The notes: a model not told the origin generated them from the sequence alone. 59,669 bases of DNA, filler included, from Sphacelaria rigidula (GCA_964200075.2; 9 parts of 9 records of this genome joined end to end with filler, not necessarily neighbours in it); one strand, 5' to 3'. Counted from the first letter of the whole stretch, positions 1 through 12,008 are shown. A program made the numbers and translations.

Positions 1-569
1 GGGGGGGGGGGGGGGGGGGGGGGGGGGGGTATCGCCTGGACGATTAATATCAACCTGATTTTTCTTGTCCGAGACACTTCCTTCGGGGTCAACATCTTTC
101 CTGTATACGGGTGAATATTGGCAACGAGAACATACATACAGGTCAGAAATGAGCAATGCCACGGTAGGGGTGCCCTTAAGTTTTCTGAAGGTCTTCGCTG
201 TAGGGGCCTGTCGATGCAAAATATGTGTGCCTTAGTGTGAAGCCTCAGAAAGCTCTCGGACTTGAAAGTGCGCCCCTACCGTGGCATCACTCAAATCAGG
301 ACGGTGACTTGAAGGTCGTGCACATGCGCAAGCAAGCATTGTCCGTGGCGCTCAGTGCTAACAGGCGAATAATAACATACAAGAAGAAAAAACGCAATGT
401 AAAAAATGTAGCCGTCCCTGCTCGACCATGCCCCCAGGCAACCCGCGGTGGAGTCTCCTCACCAGTATGGCATTGCCTTGACCCCAAGGTCGCCCAGCGA
501 CACTGATTAAGCTTTTCAGTCTTCTGTTGTCGACAATTGTCTTCGAAGGGGACGGAGAGGGGGGGGGGG

Positions 570-618
570 TGTACTCATGATCATGCTTGCCATAGTCATC
601 AGACCATTGACCTCGCAT
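570..618 (-). mobile_element. 5'-truncated copy of short G/C-tract-associated retroposon (subfamily A)
   Basis: Minus strand reads ATGCGAGGTCAATGGTCTGATGACTATGGCAAGCATGATCATGAGTACA followed by a C-run. Flanked on both sides by GAGAG(G)n (555-569 and 619-636), a target-site duplication. Homologous to 19497-19623 and 26401-26466. Confidence 0.8.
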
Positions 619-3139
619 GAGAGGGGGGGGGGGGGGCGTATTCAATGGGTGTAGACCGTAAAAATCAGGTCCCCGCATGTACTCCGTGGTTCAACCCTTT
701 TCACGCTAGCCGCCTCACGTGAACCATAGGAGGACCGCTGTGTGCACGGTGTGCATGCGTTTGCGCGCTGCCACAGCTATGTTCCAGGCAGTAGCGGTGT
801 ATCTCTCGCCGCGGTGCTAACATGCCTCCGTCACACGAGTGACCCCTGAACGTCGACCAGGCCACAACAATCATTCGGCGGTCAGTCAAGCCGGGCAGGC
901 ACAGCAGGCTGCGCCGTACAGTCGGCCCAAGCAGCTAGTGCTGCTGCTGCTGCTTCACTTGCGATGTAATGTATTGAGACACCAGTCAGCCCACAAGCCA
1001 GCACACGGTGCTACGAACGCCACCATCATACATATGCGTGTATCGACCATCGCGTGGCAACATTTCGGCTCTTGCCACGGGTTTGTCAACAATATATTTC
1101 GGGGCAAGTAGGCCCCAAGATAATCAAAAAAGAGATGACCAAAAATCGAGTTTTTGAGGGGGGAGGAAACACCCAGCCTGCTGTCCCCTAGTTTATTGCC
1201 GAGGCGTTGGCGGGTGCGGTCAGCGACCGGGTACAGAGACTCTTGGCATGGACCACGCTGATATGACGGACACGCCGCCCCTCCAAGCTCATCACCTACG
1301 ATAATTACGTTCATGGGATCATGTTCCGTGCCGTGTACTTCGACTACCAACCACTAGTAGTCTGCGGACAAATTTGGCGAAGCGTGAGATGATGTTGCTT
1401 CTTTGGCGACAGGCTGTCGCTACCGTGCCCTCGTGTATTCTAAATATATATGTGTGAGCATTGCCGGCATCCGCGGTCATCGGGACAGGGCGGGCAAGGA
1501 GCAGAAGCAAATATACGAATCTCGCAAAGCCCGCCAGACTTCTCGATTTTTCTCTCTTTTTGTTGATCAATTTCGTTCAACAATTGGCCTGATTGCCCAA
1601 AAGGAAGAAAAAAGTCGACCGCTGGCCCAAGGGGTATCCATGCAACTTTTGCGTCATTTCACGTGTCTGGGCTGCGTGTACCTGGGTTGCAAAGCTGAAA
1701 ACAAAGCCTGGGGATTGATTCGTACGATTCAAATCAGTGATACTAAAACCAAGTAATTTCCGGACAAATAATTATTTGTCCGACCCTTGCACAATTTTTG
1801 TTCGGGGATGGATGGTTGTATTTTATTTTTTGGATGGTTGTATTTTACTTTTTGGACAAGGGAAAGACAATATATAAACAAAAGATTCGAAAAAGTCACA
1901 AAAAAAACCGAAAACAATGACAATTGTCGAAAAGTTGCCCTTCGGGAGAAGGGGGGTCTCCGTGTCCGAAAATATTCTCTCGGCAGACCCTTGCTCTTCC
2001 CTACAATCTCCGCGACCCCGTACACTCGCACAAGTCCGTGGCTGCACTGGCCTGGGCAGCAGAGGCTGAGGCAAAAGCGACGCAGGACGTACGTTTTGAC
2101 ATTTCGCTCGACTTTGACTTCGGCGCCAAGATCCTCCTTGTCCAACCCCAATACTCGTAGCAAATGACTAATACTTCTGTAAATATCAACAAATAAATAA
2201 AGTATTTTTTTTTGCTCATTACACGTATCAGTCTTTACGGGTGCATTTCGCTGGGCATTCGTGTGCGTTCCCGTTCTGCTTAGGTTTGGGGTGAATACGC
2301 ATCCCGCGCTGTGTTTTACAAGGCATTTTGACGCTTGATGTATTTTCTGGTTGGACGGTGGACCCTTGGATCGTCGGAGATGCCACTCCTCACCGTACAC
2401 AGGCTCCACATTAATTCGTGGAACCGGCATTCCCTTCACTTCAAAATTGGATCGGCATCGTGCTCAGTTGGATGGGCTACGCGGAAGGACTCTCCGTTTT
2501 ATCTCGGGACACAGCGGGAGAATGTTGTGATCTTGCCCTCATGTCGCATCGTCTCGACCGCACTTTCCTTTTACCGTCTCTGGACTGCTGTCGTAGCTGC
2601 TGCTGCTACTCTACCGTACATGCGTTCTTTTCGTCATGTGAGGCGCCAAAATCAGCGGCTTCTATTTCTTCATATTTTTGTCGGCAGACGGTCGCGTCGG
2701 TGGCGCAGTTGAACCCCGACACCTTATTATGACGGTTGCGTCGTGGCTTTAGATCTCGGAGTGACCTGGGATTTCATTTCAGACCATGTCTGTTGGTGGA
2801 CGACGATTTTGTCGTGGGTAGACATAATTCGATTTCATGATTGACGAGGGAAAGGGGCTGCTGAACCACTCTCGCGATTGAAAAATAAGGCGACCACCAC
2901 CACAGAATTTCCTGCGTTGGCCTCTTTCTGTGTTACACGTGACGCACACAACTATTATACCCCCATGCGTGTATATCGCATGGTCTCGACTTTACTTCAT
3001 TTCCACTGTTTTAATCCTTTGATCGATAGGGTAGGTCATCTGGGCCACGCAGTAATTTGTCAAGTCCAAGTAAGTGATGCCGGTTCAAAAACAGAATACC
3101 CATCACGGCGGTCAAATGGTCAACTTCGTCGCCACTATA

Positions 3140-3537
3140 CAAGCTGGGCCAGCCAACAAGGGGTGATTTTCTCACTCAGGCGACGCACGGCGCGATATTA
3201 GGAATTGGACGCTGAAACTTCGACAGCGGCTTTTGATGATCGAAATGCAGAACATCACGTGAGCAGCAAAGAAGAGAAGGGGGGGAGAAAAAACGTTGTG
3301 GGATTTGAAATTTCAGCAAAAACAAGATTTATGTCATGAGTACAGTGAAAAAGTGAGAATTTGCAGCTGCTCAGGTGAATGATGTATCATTTCCTCGGGC
3401 GCAGAAGGTCTTGGTGAAATTTCAGAGAGTCGTCGAATTGGGCTGTGCGTAAAACCTTGTGCGTGACGCTGCTGCACCCCTATAATTCAAGCGATGGGAG
3501 ACTGCAATTATGGAGGTCCTGAGTTCGGATCCCGACA
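3140..3537 (+). mobile_element. Partial non-autonomous Tc1/mariner-like element, same family as 9819-11350
   Basis: Starts TA|CAAGCTGGGCCAGCC. 3140-3328 aligns by eye to the reverse complement of 11162-11350, and 3329-3537 to the reverse complement of about 10020-10200. Confidence 0.75.
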
Positions 3538-4132
3538 TACCCGTAGCAGAAACCAACCTCACCTTGTGAAATTGGATTTTTGGTTGGCGGTTAATTCGTG
3601 TATTGGTCAGCGATCAAATGGTCAAATTCGCTGCCACTACATGTGTTCTTGGTTTGCGGGGGCGGTCAAGTCCTCATGTTCACCTTTGATTGTGATGGGT
3701 TGTGTTGAGCCTTACTAAAAGTACGTACCCCCATTATCCATGTTCCTCTTCGGGCTGAAAACGAAACAAAAAAGTGCTTCGTGGAATCGGCATCGATTTT
3801 ACATGAAAATCGAACCGGCATCATGCTTATATGACAATCAGAAGGCACCACAAAACATTCCCGCCGCTCTCCATCAACACTTTGACGGAGAGAAACGTGG
3901 ATCATCTGTTGAAGCGGCATAAATTTCACCCAATAAAAGTGCCCATGATCCAGGTTGACTACCATGCTCAGCCCATGAGATGCCACAGCTCCTTCTCCAA
4001 CCTATGGCCTTTGCTATCACGCAACGCACATAGCTATCACCGGTGCTCATGTACCTTGGCCGTCGACCGACTGATCGTGGCGGCGGAGCCGCCGAAACTC
4101 TTGTATACTGTATATACGTATATATACATAAA

Positions 4133-4642
4133 TGTGGAGATCGCCGTTTGGGCATGTGCGGAGAGATTTCCCTTTATGACGTGTAACCTAGTGAACGGCT
4201 GTTACAGGGGTAAGTTCGCAGGAGCCCCGAAACCTCCATATCTGTACAGCCGGATCTGGGACCCCAAGGTAACAGGGATCTTCCCAGCGTTTGGGCATGT
4301 GCGGAGAGATTTCCCTTTGTGACGTGTGCCCTAGTGAACGGCTGTTACAGGGGTAGGTTTGCAGGAACCCCGAAACTTCCATATCTGTACAGCCGGATCT
4401 GGGACCCCAAGGTAACAGGGATCTTCCCAGCGAACTGCTGGCTATCGCTGGGGATCACTCTTGACCAAGACTCTCAGACTTCGTCATCGGGCTAACTTGC
4501 TCGCGCTCGTCGAGCTTTCCCGAGTGATCCACTTTGCCTCAACCCCACGACTTACGGTCAATCCTTGACTACATAACCCGAGGGAAATCATCGGCCACCT
4601 TCGACGGTTTCTACCGTCACCGGAAGTCTCACGACTTCCACA
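4133..4642. mobile_element. Candidate solo LTR (TG...CA)
   Basis: GC-balanced 510-bp block inside AT-rich DNA. Ends are TGTGGAGATCG and CGACTTCCACA (imperfect inverted repeat). No clean TSD, PBS or PPT. Confidence 0.45.
4145..4431 (+). repeat. Tandem duplication, 2 x 143 bp
   Basis: CGTTTGGGCATGTGCGGAGAG...GATCTTCCCAG starts at 4145 and again at 4288, near-identical. Confidence 0.95.
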
Positions 4643-5160
4643 TTATATTATATTTTGTATATTATATTTCATATATTATATTTCGTATATTATATTTCGT
4701 ATATTATATTTCGTATATTATAATTCGTGCGTTATATTTCATACAGTATATTTGAAATATTACATATCGTATATTATATTTCATATATTATATTTCATAT
4801 ATTATATTTCGTATATTATATTTCATGTATTATGTTTCGTATATTATATTTCATGTATTATATTTCGTATATTATATTTCATACAGTATATTTAATATAT
4901 TACATATCGTATATTATATTTCATATTGTATATTTCATATATTGTACATCATATAACATAGGTCTACATTATTGGTCTATATTATACATATTCTTCTCCA
5001 TAATGTATACAACATTGTTCATATTACATACAATATATTTATATGTAATATATTTATATATAAATATTCATCAAGGGGCAGTATATACTATATCACATAT
5101 TTATATATATAAAAATATATGTGCTGAAACATATACGATACTTATATTATATGTTATACA
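4643..5160 (+). repeat. AT-rich minisatellite, 14-bp unit TATATTATATTTC(A/G), decaying into low-complexity AT DNA
   Basis: Repeated TATATTATATTTCG/A units are visible from 4643 to about 4950. The I/Y/F-rich ORFs here are artefacts of the repeat. Confidence 0.9.
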
Positions 5161-5997
5161 AGGTTCCCCTTCGGGAGGTTTGTACGGGCCTCCCGGGGGT
5201 GACACAAGTCGAAAATATATTTTGTCAAGTTTTCCACGATTTTGAAGAGACTTTTGTGGTTCGGAGTCGACACCCCGCGAAAAAGGGTCAGTTTGAGCGA
5301 CTTTCGGTGGCCAGAACACGCGCCACAGGTATCAGATGGCGCCCAATAAACCTGAACGGTAATGTACCGCTGAACCTTCTCGGTGCTGCAATGGGACGTG
5401 TGGGAAAAAATGCCTTGCCGCCAGAGAAACCTCGGCAAGAGCGGTGAAAAATGTGAAATGATCACACGCTGGACAAAAGAGTACACAGTCAAAAAGTGTA
5501 CTGCGTACAGTATCGAGTATTATTGCTCCTATTGCAATAGACAATAGATTCAATACTGTACGCAGCACATTTTTTTACAATAGAACCTATTACTCCTGAA
5601 GTGAGTACCTCTACAGGCGATACCAAAATAGGTATCGCGTAGGATGACATCATCCAGAGTGTACCCAATACGGATCGATGCTTGTTTGCTGGGGCAGGAG
5701 CCACCCAGCAGGTCATGATGTGAAGGTGAGCGCATCTGCGTGTCCATATATGCATTCACTGACGTCTCACACAGTCTGGGCCGAGCGGAGTCGGTTTTGA
5801 GGGCGTATCGATGGCATTGCCCAGAATTCGTATTCACTTTGTGCGTGTGGCGCACCACGTGAAACGTGCCGCCGATCCGGGAATATGTTGTCTGTGTTGT
5901 GGTCTACCTCTGTGCCAATTTTCAGGCTTGTTCGTTCAGATACGGCGGGGAAATCCACAAGCAGAGTAAAACTTGACTTGTTGTACTGAAAATACAC

Positions 5998-6270
5998 ACA
6001 CGTGGACAGGTAGCACCCTGTGGAGGGGGTCTACAGGGTTTACTTACCGTGCGCAGTGTTTCTCGCGGGAATTTTACTGTACAGTGTTTCCCAGCGTAAC
6101 ACAGGACGCTCCACAGGGTTTCTCTACAGTGGTTATGTACACGTGGACAAATAGCACCCTGTGGGGCACGTCTACAGGGTTCAGGGAAACTGTGCAGGGT
6201 TTCTCGCGGGGATTTGAGTGTAGGGTATTATTTTGTGCTACACAGGGCGCTGCACAGGGTTTCGTCACCC
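5998..6270 (+). repeat. Diverged tandem duplication, about 141-bp period
   Basis: CGTGGACA..TAGCACCCTGTGG...TCTACAGGGTT at 6001 and 6142. Confidence 0.8.
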
Positions 6271-6542
6271 CGTGTAGAATTCATCGCTGTTAATATGCTG
6301 TGCAGCCTTTATAGCACGCATACAATATACTCCATTCAGCATGGGCATGATACTGGCAGAAAAAAACGTTCGAGAAATGGCAGGGATAATGAGTGAATTC
6401 ACGATGTTGTGATCGTGAGTGCGTCAGGTTGTACATTGAGCTATTTGACTTGATACTGAAATAAGTTTGTGCTTTTAATCCCTAACATGGTGGCCATACT
6501 ACTCTCCTTGTGTCACCTGTCTTTTCCTGGTTCTTGTCCTCT

Positions 6543-6642
6543 NNNNNNNNNNNNNNNNNNNNNNNNNNNNNNNNNNNNNNNNNNNNTTAATTAATTAANN
6601 NNNNNNNNNNNNNNNNNNNNNNNNNNNNNNNNNNNNNNNNNN
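6543..6642. other. Artificial contig linker (N-run, TTAATTAATTAA, N-run); repeated at 13185-13283, 19826-19925, 26467-26566, 33108-33207, 39749-39848, 46390-46489 and 53030-53129
   Basis: Same linker with stop codons in all six frames every ~6.64 kb, separating contigs of near-equal length. Confidence 0.99.
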
Positions 6643-6694
6643 CACGGTATGGGATACCCCGGTAAATACCGGGGGTACGCTCGGTACGGTACCT

Positions 6695-6739
6695 TACCTA
6701 CGGTGCCTGTGAAATCTTCCACATCACTTCCCCCCTTCA
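6695..6739 (-). mobile_element. Polypurine tract and start of a 3' LTR of a minus-strand LTR retrotransposon
   Basis: Minus strand reads GAAGGGGGGAAGTGA then TGTGGAAGATTTC (LTR start at 6723). Lies downstream of the Gypsy integrase on the same strand. Confidence 0.55.
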
Positions 6740-9700
6740 TGCGCCTCGAGCCCATCGGGCGGTGGCCGGTGGGACGAGGCGATCATCTGCTTCGCGGATG
6801 ATGTATTCGTGGAAAAGCCTTCGGGTTTTGATCATTGATTCAGTCACGCAACTACTATGCGCAAAGACAGTCCTTCCCTGTACTGTGGCGTTGATTAAAC
6901 ACCTCCAGTAAAATTTTGCAACCAGTGATCCTGAGCAGTGCATATATTGGCGAAATCTCACATTTCGGTATTCAGGTCGTGCAACTGTGTCATGTGTGAC
7001 CTATTTCCGTGAGATGTCTCTGCACTTTGATGCTGGTTGCATCTGCTGCATTATGCATGGTTGGGCACTGGGATGCTTGCGATCCTCAGACACCTGGGTT
7101 CTTCATGATCGGGTTCGGGAACACCTTCGGATCCGCTGAAACTTGTATGGGAAAAGGTCTTCGCATTAGTAACAAAGCGGTGGATGTCATCTTTTTATCC
7201 TGTGAGCATATTGTTTTGCAGCGAAACATCTTCGAAATGACCCTTGCCTCTTGTCAGCAACTATCCCCATCGCTGAAAGGATATCTTCGTTGTGAAGTTG
7301 TATCCTCTTCACCGCTGACCATGTCAGATGCTATTCTGTTCATGTCTGCATTGTTCTGACTTCGTTTGATGTTCTCGTTTCTTACTGGTTTCCGAATTGT
7401 AACACTCGGCTTTAGTCTGGTTCACGGTGAACACTCGTCGGCAAAACCTCCCGCCGTTTAAACGAGTTAGACCCTAAAATTTTGCACAGATGTTCTATGG
7501 GTCACTGCGCATATTTCGAAGAACGAGGTTTCTTGTATTATTTGGTTTTTTCATCGTTTTTCGGGGGTCCCCATATTTTCGGAAGAACATCGATCCACTC
7601 GGACCCCCGTAAAACGGTCGAGAAAAAAATATAAAAACCTTGTTCTTCCAGAGTTGTGTAATCGCCCACAGAACAGCTGTGCAAAATATCAGGGTCTAAC
7701 TCCTTAAAACGGCGGGAGGTTTTTCGCTGATGTGCGATAAACCTTGGCGTACCGCGGTGAAACCGCAAACTACTTGATTTTTGTACCAAAACGGCGGTTT
7801 TGGGCCTTCTTTGACGTGAACATGAAAATTCAAGCATCAGTTGATCGAGTTTTGCGAAAAATTTTCGTGGGGCCCTTCCTTGGCTTATGCGGCGACAAAT
7901 CGTGCGCAAGAAAATGAAGAAAAAAATCGTAGTGCCGGCTTTCCGGCGTCCCAGAATACGGACTAATTCAAACAACGACATGGATCCCGTCGAACGGACC
8001 CCCGAAAAACGGTGAAAAAACTCAACAAGTAAAATAACCTCGTCCGTGGAAGGTTTCGTGATGATACATAGCATATGTGTGCAAAGGTTCAGGATGTAAC
8101 TCGTGATAACGGCGTGAAGGTTTGCGCGTTTGTGGAGGACGTGGGCTCGGAACGTGCAGCTGCTGACTATTTGGTTCTTGTATTGAAACGTAATTTGGGG
8201 TGAATTTCACATCAAGGCGAGAAAAACCGTATGAGTTTTTCGTTTTTTTCCCCAAACTCTGTACGTGTGTTCCTTGGACTATCCCAGGGCACATCATTTC
8301 ATTAGCTTTCTTCTAGGGCATTCTGTACCGCCTGCTGGGGGTCTTCATACTGGGACCTCCGGAAGCCGGTAGAGAACGGAGAAACAATGAAATATTGTCA
8401 ACAATACAAATTTTTCATTTGAAGTATCAATACCCACGGGACTGCCGACTTTGAGGACGATCTGAGCTTTTCTACCACAGATGTAGGGGACACCGTCACG
8501 AGGCTCCATGGGTCTTTCGTGCGGATCATCAGTGAAAATTAGACGACGCCAACACCCGACATCACCGAAACATTACGGTTTCGGGTGAAATTCGACCCCC
8601 GGAGTCATCGTTTTAAATAATTGTTTTTCTCGTTAGATTCGCGTGCCGATGACGGTTCCTACGATTTGAAGCATGTGGAGATTCGGTGAACATTTGGTTT
8701 AGAATTCGTAATTTCGATCTCGGAACAGTTTGAAGGGTGCTGATTGGTTGGGAGACAATTTCGTCCATTGCGCCACCGCCTCAAACAAAATCCGGCCATG
8801 TCACCCTCTTCGTCTGTTGATTGCGGTCAGTATGATACCATATATGCGACTATTGAGTGCGTATTGCGGAAGGCATTTGCTGATGACATAATTTTGGGTG
8901 TTCACCATGAACCAGCTCGTACTGTCCACCCTTGAGCGTGTTGCTAGGACGGTGGATCAGTCTGTTGAACACTCACCACCATCTCCGTTTCCTGGCGTTT
9001 TGGGGTTGCGGGTCTGGTCGTGAGTCTTTTGCTACCCCGCTGTCATGTTGGCACGTATCAATGAGGTTCTTACATGATGGTACTTTATCGGCTCGGTAGG
9101 TGGGGTCGGCTGCCATAGCCCTCAAGTCTCAACCGATTTCAATAATATGAAGACTTCTGCGACCTGGTCCTGGAGCATGGCCTACTATTCTTCCCACAAC
9201 GTAACATTCCATCTTAGGTAACGCTTCGTCTGGGTGGTCTACCTCTGGTAGAGGAACCCGTTTTGCCTAGAAACAAGTCGCTCAACTTACCGAAATCTGG
9301 TGCTTGCGGGGTCGCTCTAGGTTGGTATCTCTTCAAGTGAGCGAGGTGTACCGACAGTTTTTTGGATTTTTTGTCCAATTTGACTCAGTAAACTTCCCAC
9401 CATAGTTTCGAGCATATTGTGAAGGGCCCTTTCCATGGTAATTAAAGTTTCGGATTTGTATCTTCTGAGTCTTGGTACGGTCTGTAATGTCAAGGAGTAC
9501 TGTTTGACGGGGTATGAACACTGGGTAGGACTTGAATATTTTGTTTTTGCTTTCTTGCTCATTCGCCCTTCCTTGCACAGTTTGCCTCGCAAGTTCGAAT
9601 ACCAACTGTAAGGTCTCCCGCGTTTCTTTTGGGAATTCTTCGGGTGTTGCTGCCTGGCTTTCCTCTGGTATGCCTAGGATGATGTCAACTGGCAATCTAC

Positions 9701-9818
9701 GCTGTCTCCCGAACATCAAAAAGTACCGTGTCTCGTGCACGGTGTTGCAGAATGACGTATGTACGACATTTATACAGAGGGAAGCAGGGACGCCCAATTT
9801 CTGTTTCCAACTGACATA

Positions 9819-11350
9819 CGACCTGGGCCAGCTTGAAAGCTGCTGAAACTTGCTCACACCACAGCTTCCCCAGTTCGCGAGTGAACCCGATGTAAGCGGA
9901 TCACTGAAGTGTAGACCAATCTGGTGACACACGGCACCGCCGCTGAAAGATTTTTTTTTCAATGTACTGCATAATGTATCACCATCACCTTAACGACGGA
10001 CGAAAAAAAAGGGAGAATCTGTCGGGATTCGAACTCAAAACCATCCATTCTTGGAGTCCAAGGGGTGCAGCTGCGTCACGGAAAATGTTGAAATTCGACG
10101 AGTCTTGAGCAGAAATTTCAGGAAGGCCTTCTGCACCCAAGGAACTGGTACTTCAAGTGTCCAGCTGCAGATTCTCCTTTTTTTCCTGGACTCATGGCAT
10201 TACAGTGGGGGGCTCTCAGCAGTGCCCGTGTGTGCCCACCACGGACACCGGCACTTCTCAGAGAGCCCGGCACTACTCTGAAAAGTGCCAAAACAGGTGC
10301 AAATGAGGGCTCTGAATTCCTCAGTAGTGCCGGTTATGGCACTACTTACGACCGTACGTTCGTACAGTGCTACGCTTGCCCTTCGTGGGACGACCGGAAG
10401 CACAAAACGGACGAGGACCTTTGTTTCAAGGGGTTTTAGTAGGATACATCACGTAAGGTTTCGGGGTAGCAGAACTAAACCCGATGTTTTTTTGTTTTTC
10501 AGGTTCAACTTGATCGATCCTGTTCATAGCTTGATCGTTTCCTTCCCTACTAGCACAACAGCAGCAGTACGGCCACAAAAGTTGCTCATGCCGAAAGACC
10601 TTCACGACAAGAAAAAAAAGGACACATCTGCACCCAACGCAACTATGAAGGTGCGGCATCTGGTGTGGAAAAAAAATCACAAAAGAGTACACCGCCCACC
10701 AAAAGAAGTGAGCGAGAAAGAATGAACCACACCTCTTTTCACTTCCTACCGGCTACCGAGACAAGGAGAGAGAGAACATGCTGCCGCAAATACCGTGAAG
10801 CCTCCCGCCACATGTCCCCTGGCAACCGAGGCCATGACGGCCTTCTGGCGTCGTGGCCTGGACCAGGTACAGTTCACCTTCTGCACGAGGCATGTTGTGT
10901 CCCTACGTTGCAAGGTCTGCACCAGCACGTACCCTGCTGTAGCCCTACTGGTGCTTGCTTGGTAGGGGGTTAGGCGTGCGTGAGTGTGTCCGGAACCGGC
11001 ACTGTTGAGGGTACAAAACCGTTCAAATCGGCACTACTAAGGGTCATCTGACAGTAGTGCCGGGCGGCACTACTGCGTGCTCTGGCTGTGCCCGGAGATG
11101 TTACCGGCATTATATAGGTCGTTGGCACCATTTAACCGGCAATACGGAGAGCCCCCCACTGTATCTTGTTTTCGCTGAAATTCCAAATGCCCATGACTTC
11201 TCCTTTTTTTATTATTTTATTTGCTGGTCCCGTGATCTTTTGCACTTTGATCATAAAAAGCTACTGTCAAACTTTCAGAGTCTAACTTCTAACATCGCGC
11301 CGTGCGTCACCCGAGCGAGATTCACATCTATTCTTGGCTGGCCCAGCTCG
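9819..11350. mobile_element. Non-autonomous Tc1/mariner-like DNA transposon inserted in the Gypsy integrase
   Basis: TIRs CGACCTGGGCCAGC and GCTGGCCCAGCTCG. TA at 9817-9818 and 11351-11352. Removing the element and one TA restores the integrase frame AMHMSVGNRNWASLLPL. Confidence 0.85.
10203..11161. mobile_element. MITE (Tc1/mariner/pogo type) nested in the 9819-11350 element
   Basis: Perfect 15-bp TIRs CAGTGGGGGGCTCTC / GAGAGCCCCCCACTG. TA TSD at 10201-10202 and 11162-11163. Absent from the homologous copy near 3329. Confidence 0.92.
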
Positions 11351-12008
11351 TATGCATAGCTGGCATGGCGTGGGTAGTCTAGTGGACTCGTCACGGCACT
11401 GAATTACCTAGTGAGCATGGGGGTGTCGTGCCAGGTTTGTTGGAACCCAACTCTAGTTGCAGTGCGTGTATTAGCTTGTTTTCAAATTCGACGCCTTGGT
11501 CGGAGTGCAGCTTTTCCGGAATGCCAAATGTGGTGAACACTTCACCGATGAGGGTTTTGGCTACTGGCGTAGCCTTTTTATTCGGCGCCGGAATAAGCAA
11601 GCAGAGCATACCCAGTGAGGTAGTCCATTACGGACAGGACGTATTTACATAGTACTCCAGCATTGGACATCGAAGATGTTTTGCACTCAACCAGGTCTAC
11701 TGACATTCTTTCGTGCGTCAGTTCTACTGGAACGTGTCCCATCGGTAACTTTCGGCGGTGGTGGGCCAACTTTCGGCGTTAGCATCCTCGACACTTCAGG
11801 CATCAGTCCCTTACATCACGGCTCACTGGCGGCCACCAATACTTTTGTCGGATTCATTAATACGTTGGCTTAAATTTCAAGTGACCTCCGTAGAGTGCAT
11901 GATCGTAATGACAGTGTAGCACAAAGCCAACCAAGGACTTTGACTACACAAGTTGGTCACGGAATGCACTTCGTTTTTTCGTGTGTCCAGGCAGGTACGA
12001 TTTGAATA

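Larger units (their letters stand above)
9040..11860 (-). pseudogene. Degenerate Ty3/Gypsy integrase (end of zinc finger, DDE core, GPF motif, chromodomain-like tail), interrupted by an insertion at 9819-11350
   Basis: Minus-strand motifs: YWWPPVSRDVRD*CLKCRGC; SVDLVE...YVLSVMDYLT; FGIPEKLHSDQGVEFEN; NWASLLP across the insertion; HETRYFLMFGRQRRLPVDIILGIP; LPWKGPFTIC (~9417-9445); YVVGRIVGH...LEGYG (~9050-9215). Many stops and frameshifts. Confidence 0.9.

Noticed and set aside
1..29. Long poly(G) runs at or near contig ends (also ~33208, 46527-46560 and 52936-52954)
   Set aside because: Typical assembly breakpoints with unreliable lengths. Not treated as features, although G-runs are relevant as retroposon targets.
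596..604. CTGATGA (hammerhead core or C-box) in subfamily A on the minus strand
   Set aside because: No downstream GAAA core or stems, and the motif is lost in other copies (ATAT and AAAC loops).
1190..1400. Coding-like plus-strand stretch FIAEALAGAVSDRVQRLLAW...
   Set aside because: In-frame stops, no recognisable family and no phase-linked partner exon.
4534..5245. Hydrophobic I/Y/F-rich ORFs
   Set aside because: Translations of the AT minisatellite.
6543..6642. Regularly spaced TTAATTAATTAA palindromes about every 6.64 kb
   Set aside because: Assembly concatenation linkers inside N-runs. Not biological, and adjacency between contigs carries no meaning.
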